A stretch of 64,000 nucleotides of DNA, taken from assembly GCA_965205025.1 (NCBI GenBank), contig CBDBFU010000020.1, positions 256,001-320,000 on the forward strand. Reading direction: 5' to 3'. The notes beneath the pieces were generated by a model that was given only the letters and a program-made list of their open reading frames with translations, was not told where the DNA came from and did not search any database. This document shows, one piece after another, positions 9,890-20,165 of this stretch (position 1 is the first letter of the stretch; each line of letters begins with the position of its first letter). A program made the translations under genes and the position numbers. Source of the DNA: Candidatus Poribacteria bacterium (GTDB lineage Bacteria; Poribacteria; WGA-4E; WGA-3G).

Positions 9890-10639
9890 ATGAAGACAAT
9901 AGCGATTACGTTATCTATTCTTTCCGTATTCTTATTTGTTAGTATAGGAATTGCTGCAGATGATGCAACTTTAGTAGCATATTATTCATTTGACGGGAAT
10001 GCTGAAGATGGTTCTGGAAACGGAAACAATGGTGAGATTAAGAATGGATCTAAATTTGATAAAGGTAAATTCGGAGACGCTATTTATCTTGATGTAGGTG
10101 CACACGTTGAGATGACTGTGTCTGAAACCCTTCATGGAGACCTATTTAAGAGTGATCCGTTTACTATATCAGTATGGATAAATCCTACCTTTGAAGGCGG
10201 GGCATGGCAACAAATATGGAGAAGTTTACCTACAGCATCTGGACATAATACATTTTTTGTAAATAAAGATCAAGGTTTATTATCTTGGCGCGGACAGGTC
10301 GGAGGTTGGACAGTTCTTTGTCAAACCGATGGAGGAATTGTAAAAAAAGATGTTTGGACTCATGTTGTAGTTCAGAGTGATGGTAAGAATTTCAGAATTT
10401 ATGCAAATGGAGAAAAGGTGCAAGAATCTGAATTCCAAGAAACACGTGGGAATAATCAAATCTACAGATTAGGAGGAGAAGGGGGTGAAGGATATGGTGG
10501 TGCATTGGATGACGCTGCTATATTCTCCAGAGCATTAGATGAAAATGAGATTAAAGCTATTATGAAAGGTTATGAGGAGTTTGCCCCTATAGAATCAAAG
10601 GGAAAACTCACTACAATTTGGGGGCGGATTAAACAATAG
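9890..10639 (+). CDS. Secreted LamG/concanavalin-like protein with C-terminal WGRIK tail
   Basis: Signal peptide; LVAYYSFDG..DGSGNGNNG, FTISVWINP, WTHVV, GALDDAAIFSRAL; ends PIESKGKLTTIWGRIKQ. Confidence 0.85.
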   Translation: MKTIAITLSILSVFLFVSIGIAADDATLVAYYSFDGNAEDGSGNGNNGEIKNGSKFDKGKFGDAIYLDVGAHVEMTVSETLHGDLFKSDPFTISVWINPTFEGGAWQQIWRSLPTASGHNTFFVNKDQGLLSWRGQVGGWTVLCQTDGGIVKKDVWTHVVVQSDGKNFRIYANGEKVQESEFQETRGNNQIYRLGGEGGEGYGGALDDAAIFSRALDENEIKAIMKGYEEFAPIESKGKLTTIWGRIKQ

Positions 10640-10750
10640 TGTAATTTATAATTGTAATTTTATTTCTCTACAAGTTGTTAAACAGATATAAAATTCCTGT
10701 AAACGATAATATCCATATCCGGGTTGTCCTTATCATCATTGGTGATAAAG

Positions 10751-10779
10751 TTGACAAACCCAGATATGGAGGTTATTAT
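10751..10779 (+). promoter_or_regulatory. Sigma70-type promoter for accD
   Basis: TTGACA-17 bp-TATTAT just upstream of 10803. Confidence 0.5.
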
Positions 10780-10802
10780 TTAATAGGGAAAAGAGATAGA
10801 TT

Positions 10803-11570
10803 GTGGAAACACCAGAAACAATTACATGTAGAAATTGTAATAGTGAAATTGAATTAGACACGTTTACTAAGAATTTAAATGTGTGTCCAGACTGTGATGC
10901 TCATTACCCATTAAGTGCATCTAATCGGATGAAGCTTCTTGTTGATACCGATAGTTTTGAGGAATATGATACAAACCTATACTCTATTGATGCCCTTGAA
11001 TTTCCAGAATATCCTGAAAAACTTGACAGAGATATAAATAAGACTGGACTTAGATCTGAGATGTTATCTGGAATTGCAAAAATTGGTGGTATCTCAGTTG
11101 CAATAGCAATTGGAGATGTAGGTTTTATAGGTGGAACATGTGGAGCAGTAATCGGAGAAAAAGTCACTCGTTGTATTGAAATGGCAGGAGAGAAGAATCT
11201 TCCACTTGTTATCGTATCGGTTAGTGGAGGTATGCGAATGCAGGAAGGAACTTTAGCGTTAATGCAGATGGCGAAGACTGCTGCTGCTTGTTCAGAATAT
11301 GTTAATAATGGAGGATTCTATATTTCAATTGTCACTGATCCCACATTTGGAGGTGCTACAGCAAGTTATACATCACTTGGAGATGTGATTATAGCTGAAC
11401 CTGGGGCACGTGTTGGTTTTGCTGGTCCACTTGCTGTTGCCAGTTTACAGGAGGAGTTACCAGAAGATTTTCAAAAGGCAGAATCATTAGTTACCCACGG
11501 TTTTATAGATCATATTGTCCATCGAAACGAGATGCGACAATTACTTACCCATTTGATTTCATATACTTGA
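10803..11570 (+). CDS. accD: Acetyl-CoA carboxylase carboxyltransferase beta subunit
   Basis: N-terminal CxxC...CPxC zinc finger; SGGMRMQEG, LMQMAKT, DPTFGG, GFAGP, FQKAE motifs. Confidence 0.88.
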   Translation: METPETITCRNCNSEIELDTFTKNLNVCPDCDAHYPLSASNRMKLLVDTDSFEEYDTNLYSIDALEFPEYPEKLDRDINKTGLRSEMLSGIAKIGGISVAIAIGDVGFIGGTCGAVIGEKVTRCIEMAGEKNLPLVIVSVSGGMRMQEGTLALMQMAKTAAACSEYVNNGGFYISIVTDPTFGGATASYTSLGDVIIAEPGARVGFAGPLAVASLQEELPEDFQKAESLVTHGFIDHIVHRNEMRQLLTHLISYT

Positions 11571-11867
11571 TTATATCACATCACTATCTTTCATTCTCAG
11601 TTGTTAGTGTAATTTGAGGAAATCTATTTCTTGATTCTTTGATAGATTCATCCTCTATCCCATTGTAGTAAATTCCCCAGCGATAGCGCACTGACAATGT
11701 AGTAAAACTTTCATTTCTGTTACTTTAAAAGAATTTAGACGTATTAAATAACGATAACCACATATAAACAAACTGAGAGTACTAACAAAAATAAGCAAAA
11801 GGTAGACTATGTATTCGTACTCATTTCATTAGACCCACAATGTTTAAGAAGGAAAAAGTAGAAGAAA

Positions 11868-14144
11868 ATGCCAAAATCATTAGTAGTTGTTGAATCCCCA
11901 GCAAAAGCAAAAACCATAGAAAAAATACTTGGGAAGGATTATATTGTCGACTCTTCAGTTGGACATATACGCGATCTACCTAAAAAGGAACTTGGAGTAG
12001 ATGTAGAGAACAAATTTACTCCTAAATATGTAACAATTCGGGGAAAAGGTCCCGTTGTTAAAGAAATCAGAGAAAAAGCTAAAAATGTCGATTGTATCTA
12101 TCTTGCTGCCGACCCTGATAGGGAAGGTGAGGCAATATGTTGGCACTTAGCAGAAGAATTAAAAAGAACCCAAAAGCCTATCCATCGTATCGTATATAAT
12201 GAGGTAACACAGAACGCAATATTGGAGGCGATTCAAAATCCAGGTACTATTGACCAAGCCCTTGTAGACGCACAACAAGCAAGACGTATATTAGATAGAC
12301 TTGTAGGTTGGAAAATAAGTCCTCTCTTATGGAGAAGTGTGAAACCTGGGTTAAGTGCTGGAAGAGTTCAATCTGTTGCTGTTCGACTAATTTGTGAACG
12401 AGAAGCAGAAATTGAAGCATTTAAACCTCAGGAATATTGGTCACTCACTGCCGCTTTGACTCCAATAGAAAAAGAACATCTGTTTCCTGCAAAATTACAT
12501 CGAATCGGCTCAAAAAAAGGAGAAATTAACAACTACGGTTTCTGTATTGACGAAAAACAAGCAAAAGAACATACTGCCGAAGCAAAAAAACATGATTTTA
12601 TTGTTGAGAAGATACAAAAAAAGGAACGGCAGCAAAAACCTGTTGCTCCGTTTAAGACAAGTACTTTACAACAGGAAGCCGCTCGTAAGCTACGTTTTAC
12701 TGCAAAAAGAACAATGATGGTCGCACAAACATTATATGAAGGCTTGGAAATTGGAAAAGAAGGTTTACAAGGTCTCATTACATATATGCGTACAGATTCT
12801 ACAAGAATCGCTCAAGATGCAATAGTTGAAGTGAGAGATTATATTAAGAAAACATTTGGTGATTCATATTTACCATCTCGCTCTGTCAACTACGCAACCA
12901 ACAAGAGTGCACAAGATGCACATGAAGCAATACGGCCAACAATACCATTACGTAGTCCGGAATCATTAAAATCATACCTTTCTAAAGATCAATATAAATT
13001 ATATGAATTGATCTGGAAAAGATTTATTGCCTGTCAAATGAAACCTACCATCCTTGATGCTACAACAATTGATATAAAAGCAGGAAAATACATATTTCGT
13101 GCTACTGGTTCTGTAATTAAATTTGACGGTTTTAGACGTATTTATATGGAAGGTCAAGATGATGTTGAAACAAACGACGATAATCCCAATCCTGAAAATA
13201 CTACATTACCAGATGTCAAGGAAGGTGAAAAACTTGACCTTAGAAAGTTAACACCCAAACAACATTTTACTCAACCACCTCCACGATATAATGAAGCAAC
13301 ACTTGTTAAGGCGTTAGAGGCAAAAGAAATTGGAAGACCCAGTACCTATGCATCTATTCTCTCCATAATTCAAGATCGCGGTTATGTCTCAAAGGAGAGT
13401 AATCGTCTTCACCCAACAGATATAGGTCGTCTTGTTAATACACTCTTAATTAGCGGGTTTCCAGATATTGTTGATGTTGAATTTACAAAGGAAATGGAAC
13501 TGAAGCTTGATACAATAGCTGAAGGTGATGTGGATTGGATAGATACACTGGGTGAATTTTACCCACCATTTCAAGAGGCATTAGAGAAAGCCCCTGATAA
13601 GATGTATGAAGCTCGTAAGGCATTAGAGACAGAATCAGACGAGAAATGTGAAAAATGTGGGGGAGGAATGATCGTAAAATGGGGAAGATATGGTCGTTTC
13701 TTGGGGTGTGCCAATTATCCTGATTGTAAAAATATCAAAGCTTTAAATCAAGATGAAACCCCTGTTGAAGAACCTGAAGAAACAGATACACCTTGTGACA
13801 AATGTGGTGAACCCATGGTTATAAAGCAAAGTAGAGTTGGAGCAAAATTCTTGGCTTGTAGTACATATCCCAAATGTAAAAATGCCAAACCAGTTCCTAT
13901 GGGTGTAGACTGTCCAGAATCAGATTGTGATGGTTATTTAGGAGAACGTCGTAGTAAACGTGGGAAAGTTTTTTATGGATGTAGTAACTACCCAACATGT
14001 GGATTTGCAAGTTGGGATAAGCCTCTTGCTGATGCTTGTCCAGAATGTGATTCACCTTATCTCGTAGAAAAAGTAAATAAAGAGGGTGTTTCTTTTCATG
14101 CTTGTGCATCTAAAACCTGTGATTTTACTAATCAGGTAGCATAG
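11868..14144 (+). CDS. topA: DNA topoisomerase I
   Basis: VVESPAKAKTI, DPDREGEAI, SAGRVQS, ITYMRTDS, AHEAIRPT, GRPSTY, and C-terminal zinc-ribbon repeats. Confidence 0.97.
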   Translation: MPKSLVVVESPAKAKTIEKILGKDYIVDSSVGHIRDLPKKELGVDVENKFTPKYVTIRGKGPVVKEIREKAKNVDCIYLAADPDREGEAICWHLAEELKRTQKPIHRIVYNEVTQNAILEAIQNPGTIDQALVDAQQARRILDRLVGWKISPLLWRSVKPGLSAGRVQSVAVRLICEREAEIEAFKPQEYWSLTAALTPIEKEHLFPAKLHRIGSKKGEINNYGFCIDEKQAKEHTAEAKKHDFIVEKIQKKERQQKPVAPFKTSTLQQEAARKLRFTAKRTMMVAQTLYEGLEIGKEGLQGLITYMRTDSTRIAQDAIVEVRDYIKKTFGDSYLPSRSVNYATNKSAQDAHEAIRPTIPLRSPESLKSYLSKDQYKLYELIWKRFIACQMKPTILDATTIDIKAGKYIFRATGSVIKFDGFRRIYMEGQDDVETNDDNPNPENTTLPDVKEGEKLDLRKLTPKQHFTQPPPRYNEATLVKALEAKEIGRPSTYASILSIIQDRGYVSKESNRLHPTDIGRLVNTLLISGFPDIVDVEFTKEMELKLDTIAEGDVDWIDTLGEFYPPFQEALEKAPDKMYEARKALETESDEKCEKCGGGMIVKWGRYGRFLGCANYPDCKNIKALNQDETPVEEPEETDTPCDKCGEPMVIKQSRVGAKFLACSTYPKCKNAKPVPMGVDCPESDCDGYLGERRSKRGKVFYGCSNYPTCGFASWDKPLADACPECDSPYLVEKVNKEGVSFHACASKTCDFTNQVA

Positions 14145-14220
14145 TATATTATTTTATAATACAGCATGTTTATATTACTTCATCTAATGAGAATACAATA
14201 TCTTTGGAATTTAAGATCTC

Positions 14221-14892
14221 ATGATACAGCTTCATCAAGTAAGTTATGCATATAGAGACTTAAGTGTACTTGAGAGAGCAAGTTTCCGATTAGAACGAGG
14301 AGAATTCGGGTTTCTCGTGGGTGAAAGTGGATCTGGCAAAAGTACACTTTTAAAACTCTTATATAGAGAATTGTATCCTACCGCAGGGTCAATCAGTGTT
14401 TTAGGACAACATTTATCCGATCTGACACCCTCTACACTTCCATTTTTCAGACGTAAAATAGGAATTATATTTCAAGATAATAAACTGCTCGAAACAAAGA
14501 CTGTTCAACAGAATCTTGAAATTCCGCAGAAATTAATTGGAACAAAATTTAAAATATTACGAGAAAATGTAAATAATTTACTTCACCAAATGGGATTAAT
14601 TCATCATAAGGATTCACATCCATCAGAGATTTCAAGAAATGAACGACAAAGATTGGCAATTGCTATGGCAATCATTAATAGTCCTTTGTTGATTCTTGCG
14701 GATCAACCGACAGAAATATTAGATCCTGAATTAACCCTTGAAATGCTATCCTTATTAGATGCTTTAAACTTTCAGGGTACAACAGTATTAGTCACTACAT
14801 CAGACCCTGAATTACCGAATAATTATTCTCAAAAGAAGAATACCAACCCAAAACGTGTTTTTACTTTGAAGGATGGACAAATAACTACTTAG
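14221..14892 (+). CDS. ftsE: FtsE-like ABC ATPase with degenerate catalytic motifs
   Basis: Walker A GESGSGKS, FRRKIGIIFQD and GTTVLV; lies directly upstream of ftsX. Signature, Walker B and H-loop are altered. Confidence 0.8.
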   Translation: MIQLHQVSYAYRDLSVLERASFRLERGEFGFLVGESGSGKSTLLKLLYRELYPTAGSISVLGQHLSDLTPSTLPFFRRKIGIIFQDNKLLETKTVQQNLEIPQKLIGTKFKILRENVNNLLHQMGLIHHKDSHPSEISRNERQRLAIAMAIINSPLLILADQPTEILDPELTLEMLSLLDALNFQGTTVLVTTSDPELPNNYSQKKNTNPKRVFTLKDGQITT

Positions 14893-14973
14893 ATCTATTT
14901 GGAAATATACATCTAAATACAATCTTAAGTTTAATTCTGGTTAGATTATACTCTACATTTTAGATATTAACAA

Positions 14974-15831
14974 ATGCGATATAAGATCGAAAATGCATTA
15001 GGTCATATTAGACATTCAGGATTGAATAATTTCATATGTCTAATTGCCCTTGCGTTTTTCATATTAATCCTCACAACCTTCTTATTCAATAATAGTTCAG
15101 TCTATAAAGAACTTAAACTTAAAAACTCCAGTCCTCCACTACTCGCTTTTTTAAATGATACAGTTGTAGAAGATGATGCTCGTGTGTTTGCAAACCAAAT
15201 ACAAAAAAATCATAAGATTCTCTATATACACTATATTTCTAAGCAAGAGAATTTTAACCGATATGAGAAACAACTTGGATCACTTGGTAGGTGGATTAAA
15301 GATAGTTATTCGGGAAGTAATCCATTTCCCGCCTCACTGGAAATATATGTTGAACCTTCAGGAGTTAGTAGAACATCTTTAGAGAAAATAGCATATGAAA
15401 TAGAAGCATACGATAAGGTTGATGATGTAAAACTTACCGGTTATGGAGTTTTCTCAGATCTTTTTCGTCAGACAAACCGAATGACTATTGCGTGTATAAC
15501 AATATCTGTTCTAATTACTCTCTTTATTATAACAGCTGCAGTATCAAGAACAGGAAGAATTCGACAAACAGAAATTCAATTGTTAGACTTAATTGGGGCA
15601 ACTCGAGCATATCTAAAAACACCTTTCTTATTTCATGGAATGTTCCTGGGTTTATTCGGTTGCATAATTGGGGTCACCAGTTTCTATATTTTATATATGA
15701 TATTCACATTTCAACTTGGTATACTTGACTTTATTCCTGTTTATCAAGTATTTGGTGTCATTTTTTCAGGTGGAATAATTGGATTAATTGCTGGAATTTT
15801 TGCACATAGAAAGTGTTTAAAAACCTTATAG
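14974..15831 (+). CDS. ftsX: FtsX-like cell-division permease
   Basis: N-terminal TM, periplasmic domain (YISKQE..NPFPASLEI), RQTEIQLLDLIGAT..IKTPF-type motif, C-terminal TMs. Confidence 0.8.
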   Translation: MRYKIENALGHIRHSGLNNFICLIALAFFILILTTFLFNNSSVYKELKLKNSSPPLLAFLNDTVVEDDARVFANQIQKNHKILYIHYISKQENFNRYEKQLGSLGRWIKDSYSGSNPFPASLEIYVEPSGVSRTSLEKIAYEIEAYDKVDDVKLTGYGVFSDLFRQTNRMTIACITISVLITLFIITAAVSRTGRIRQTEIQLLDLIGATRAYLKTPFLFHGMFLGLFGCIIGVTSFYILYMIFTFQLGILDFIPVYQVFGVIFSGGIIGLIAGIFAHRKCLKTL

Positions 15832-15983
15832 ATATAATCTAACATTTGATTACCTGAAAATTTAATCTTGTATAATCCAATTAAAGACATATACCTACAC
15901 AACATACCACCTTATATCCTTAGTGTTTTTATCTCCTAAATACAATATTAATATCTCTATAAGATTCCAGCATTACAACAGTG

Positions 15984-16114
15984 TATCTCATAAATACGAA
16001 TTGTTCACAACGATATAATTTCTCTTCGTAGGGACGGGGTCTCCCCGTCCGTTGTTCCAATATAAAGTACATGGTAAGATCGAAGAACTATCAAATTATG
16101 TGATTTATGAGATA
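15984..16114. mobile_element. MITE-like element family A enclosing a GTAG-REP hairpin
   Basis: 12-bp TIR tatctcataaat...atttatgagata; internal gtagggacggggtctccccgtcc (16028-16050); second copy at 30879-30990. Confidence 0.7.
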
Positions 16115-16438
16115 GGCTTATGATATATAGTAAAATCCAATAAATATCCTATTCAACCTGTAATTATTGTATAAATTCGTTTTTTGACTCAGTTAAGATT
16201 AGGAATTCTTATCATTGAAGTGAAATTTAATTATCTTTGTAATATCGATAACTGAAGTTTAATGTGCATAGACTTAGGTAAATACCTGTCACCATAATAG
16301 TATAACTCCTATCAATATAATGACTGATTTTTCAAATGATTTCTTTGATGTCCATTTGTTAGAAATACATTATAGGATATGTCAAAATTAACCCTGACTT
16401 AGTTGTCAAACATACGGTACATTTATGGGCAAATAATA

Positions 16439-18199
16439 ATGAAAAATATAGAAATAAGTAAGACTTTTTACAATATCGCCGCACTACTTCAAGTTCGAGG
16501 AGAACCCTCATTCCGTTTTCGCTCATACGAAAAAGCAGCAAGAATTATTTCTGATTTAACAGTTGAAGCGAGTGAATTAATTGAATCAGGAAAATTTCAA
16601 GACATACAAGGAATAGGGAAGACAATAGAAGAGAAAACCAAAGAGATATTAGAAACCGGAACCTGCAAGGCTTATGATAAACTTATAGATGAGATGGGAG
16701 TTGGGGTTCTGGAACTCTTAGATATTCAAGGAATTGGACCCAAAACTGCCAATCGACTTTATACGGATCACGAAATTAAAAATATAGATCAACTTGCTAA
16801 CGCGCTTGAGAATGGTAGTCTTCAGCAGATAAAAGGCTTAGGAAAAAAAACACTGGTAACGATTGCTGAAAGTCTGGATTTTCTATCATCAACACGCGGA
16901 TCTCGAATTATTTCAATGTCATTTGCATTAATGGCAAAAATAACTGAAATTCTCAAGGACTGTCCCGATATTAGTCGTTTTGAAATTACTGGAGACCTAC
17001 GCAGAAGAGAAGAGGAATGTCGTAGTCTTGAATTTGTTATTGAGTGTGGACAAGATATAGAGAATACTGGAAATGAGTTGATTGAGGTACTAAAAGATAA
17101 TAATTATCAGGTATTCAAACACCTACCTTCTATTCAGGAACAATCTGATAGGTCGCGTTTATTACAAGATATAGAAACACTCTATTTTTATATAGATAAC
17201 GATTTTCTTGTAGCAATATATTTATGTACAACAGGAAATTATGAGTCAACTCTTTTCGTTTCAACAACTACTGATGAACACTTCATTGCCCTACCAATTG
17301 ACAACCTAACAAACAATTCAAAAGAATTGTCTGGATTCTGGGAGGAAACCAAGAATCATAATGAAGTAAATATCTTTAAGAAGTTAGAGATGAGTTACAT
17401 ACCTCCGGAACTCCGTCAATGCAGTGATTCAGTATCATTAGCATTAGAAGACAAGCTTCCGTCTTTGTTGGAATTTAATGACATGCGAGGAGATTTACAT
17501 TCACATACTGAGTGGAGTGATGGTAGAAATACAATGAATGAAATGGTGGCAACTGCCAAAAAGCTTGAGTTGGAGTATTTTGCTATCACTGATCATTCTG
17601 TTTCATCTACTGTTGCAAATGGTTTAGACGAAGAACGTTTGTTGCAACAGTTAGAACATGTGCATAAAAAAGATGCTACAACAGATGGAATCATTCTACT
17701 TGCAGGGTCAGAAGTAGATATAAGAAGAGATGGAAGTCTTGATTACTCTAATGAAGTACTTGCTCAATTGGATATAGTTGTGGCAAGTATCCATAGCCAT
17801 TTTAATATTTCAGAAGTTGAGATGACAAATAGAATGATTAGTGCTATTGAAAACCCCTATGTTAATATCATTGGTCATCCAACAGGACGACTACTCGGCA
17901 GAAGACCGATGTATCCTATAAATATGGATGAAGTTTTAGCTGCTGCAGCAGAACATAATAAGATAATGGAAATCAATGGATCCCCAAGTAGATTGGATTT
18001 AGGACCAGAATATGTCCGTAAAGGTAAAGAGTTGGGAATTCTCTTTACTGTCAACACAGATGCACATTCGATACCACAATTTGAACGTAGAGAATATGGT
18101 GTGAATGTTGCCCGTCGTAGTGGGTTATCTAAAGAGGATGTAATTAATACTTATTCTATCGAGAGACTTCGTGAAACATTGAAAGAAACAAGAAAGTAG
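16439..18199 (+). CDS. polX: PolX-family DNA polymerase with PHP domain; non-canonical polymerase active site
   Basis: HhH motifs (IQGIGK, IQGIGPKTA, IKGLGKK), YIPPELR; PHP motifs DLHSHT..SDG, ITDHS, GSEVDI, HPTG, NTDAH. Confidence 0.9.
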   Translation: MKNIEISKTFYNIAALLQVRGEPSFRFRSYEKAARIISDLTVEASELIESGKFQDIQGIGKTIEEKTKEILETGTCKAYDKLIDEMGVGVLELLDIQGIGPKTANRLYTDHEIKNIDQLANALENGSLQQIKGLGKKTLVTIAESLDFLSSTRGSRIISMSFALMAKITEILKDCPDISRFEITGDLRRREEECRSLEFVIECGQDIENTGNELIEVLKDNNYQVFKHLPSIQEQSDRSRLLQDIETLYFYIDNDFLVAIYLCTTGNYESTLFVSTTTDEHFIALPIDNLTNNSKELSGFWEETKNHNEVNIFKKLEMSYIPPELRQCSDSVSLALEDKLPSLLEFNDMRGDLHSHTEWSDGRNTMNEMVATAKKLELEYFAITDHSVSSTVANGLDEERLLQQLEHVHKKDATTDGIILLAGSEVDIRRDGSLDYSNEVLAQLDIVVASIHSHFNISEVEMTNRMISAIENPYVNIIGHPTGRLLGRRPMYPINMDEVLAAAAEHNKIMEINGSPSRLDLGPEYVRKGKELGILFTVNTDAHSIPQFERREYGVNVARRSGLSKEDVINTYSIERLRETLKETRK

Positions 18200-18207
18200 A
18201 AGGAGAA

Positions 18208-20151
18208 ATGATGAATAGGACACAACATGCACCAGCAAAACGGGCCATAATCATTGGAATGGATGGGGCAAGTATGGAACTTGTCAATAATATGATTGAA
18301 TGGGGACATACACCTAATATGAAAAGACTACGTGATTTAGGTGTATATCGTCCTATGATTGGTGTGTTTCCAACCTTAACTCCACCTGGTTGGACAGCAC
18401 TCTCTACAGGTTCATGGCCAGGTACACACCAAGTCATGGATTTTAACATCCGCTCTGTCGGAGAACAACTCGATAAAACTATTTGGGGAATTAATACTGG
18501 ACTCTGTAAATCAGAATACTTGTGGAATCTCGTTGAACGTGTCGGACGTAAACCCATATTAGTAAAATGGGAAATGTCTTGGCCTCCGACAGTGAATACC
18601 GGTATCCAGGTAGAGGGAACAGGTCCAGGTGTTTCAAACCACCACCAGATTGCAGGTTATCATCTATTTGTCACCGGAAAATGGGCACCACGTCCGATTG
18701 GTGGTCAAAGAGATCCTGAAACACTTGATCCAAGTGCATTACAGAAGATTAAACATATTGATCCTGTAAAAATAAAACAACTTGATACTAAGATCTGGCA
18801 GGGAAGTTTCCCTGAATCCAACAAACCTTTACTTGAAGTAGAACTAACTATTCAACCTTTAGCGCGTGGCAGAGAAAATATGAACCGTGGTAAAACTGGT
18901 TTACCGAAGTCATTCTTCGGTTTGATTTATGCTTCTAATCAGGATGGATATAATAGAATCAGAATATGTAAGAATCGATCTACAGATGAAGCTATTGCAG
19001 ATTTAAGCGTAGGGGATTGGAGTGAATGGTGGTTGGATTCCTTCAATATAGATGGAAAAAATATTGATGGATATGTACGTATGAAGTTGATAACTCTTAC
19101 CGATTCAGCCGATGCATTTGAGCTTTTTGTACCACAGATTTGGCCAAGAACTGATTATACCATTCCTACCGATGTTGCAACATTAATTGATGAAAATGTT
19201 GGATCTTTTCTACAGAATCCTGCCCGAGATGCGCTTGGACAAGTTGATGATGACACCTATTTTGAACTGTTAGACTACCACCACCAACGCATCGCGGATG
19301 TTGCGACTTACTTGGCATCAAACAACGAATGGGATCTACTCATGGTAGAAACACATGCACCTGATTATGCAAGCCACTTTTTTCTTAGTCAAGCCGATGA
19401 AATAAGTGGTGCAGCACCAGATACTATTCATCGTTGTCGTGAAGGTTTACGCCGAACCTATGAATCGGTGGATAATATGATTGGACAGATTGTTGAACTG
19501 GCTGATGAAGATACAGTTGTCCTGATATGTGCAGACCATGGTGGTACCCCAAATCAATTTCGGGCAATAGATATAGAAGAAGTATTGGAAGAAACAGGTT
19601 TCATTGTAAAGGATTCTGATGGTAGAATTGACTGGACTAAAACAAGAGCAGTAAATGTCGGTTTAGTACATATCTTTATCAATCTAATTGATCGTGAACC
19701 AAATGGTATCGTCCCGATTGAGGATTATGAAGCCACACAAAGGGAAATAATAGCAGCATTACATGCATACCGTGATACTGAAACTGGAAGACACCCATTT
19801 TCATTAGCTGTGACACGGGAAGATGCAGAGATGTTGAATCTACATGGTGACCTCGTAGGAGATATTGTATATGCATTACGACCAGAATTTGATGGTGCTC
19901 ACGGAAAACAATTACCTTCCGTCAGTTTTGGTATCGGTGGACAACATTCAACCTTTATTCTATCTGGAGCCGGTGTCCGTAAAGGGGACGCTTTAAACAG
20001 GCAAGTGCGTGTTGTGGATGTATCACCAACAATCTGTTATCTCTTAGGATTACCCATGCCAGAAAATGTTGAGGGTGGGGTTATATATGAGGCATTAGAA
20101 GACCCAAATTGGCATTTAACACGACTTTCTGAATATGAAAACAATAGATAA
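18208..20151 (+). CDS. Alkaline-phosphatase superfamily protein (nucleotide pyrophosphatase/phosphodiesterase-like)
   Basis: IIIGMDGA, PTLTPPGWTALSTG, ICADHG, GAHG, DVSPTICYLLG. Confidence 0.85.
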   Translation: MMNRTQHAPAKRAIIIGMDGASMELVNNMIEWGHTPNMKRLRDLGVYRPMIGVFPTLTPPGWTALSTGSWPGTHQVMDFNIRSVGEQLDKTIWGINTGLCKSEYLWNLVERVGRKPILVKWEMSWPPTVNTGIQVEGTGPGVSNHHQIAGYHLFVTGKWAPRPIGGQRDPETLDPSALQKIKHIDPVKIKQLDTKIWQGSFPESNKPLLEVELTIQPLARGRENMNRGKTGLPKSFFGLIYASNQDGYNRIRICKNRSTDEAIADLSVGDWSEWWLDSFNIDGKNIDGYVRMKLITLTDSADAFELFVPQIWPRTDYTIPTDVATLIDENVGSFLQNPARDALGQVDDDTYFELLDYHHQRIADVATYLASNNEWDLLMVETHAPDYASHFFLSQADEISGAAPDTIHRCREGLRRTYESVDNMIGQIVELADEDTVVLICADHGGTPNQFRAIDIEEVLEETGFIVKDSDGRIDWTKTRAVNVGLVHIFINLIDREPNGIVPIEDYEATQREIIAALHAYRDTETGRHPFSLAVTREDAEMLNLHGDLVGDIVYALRPEFDGAHGKQLPSVSFGIGGQHSTFILSGAGVRKGDALNRQVRVVDVSPTICYLLGLPMPENVEGGVIYEALEDPNWHLTRLSEYENNR

Positions 20152-20165
20152 GTCTATAAAATTAT

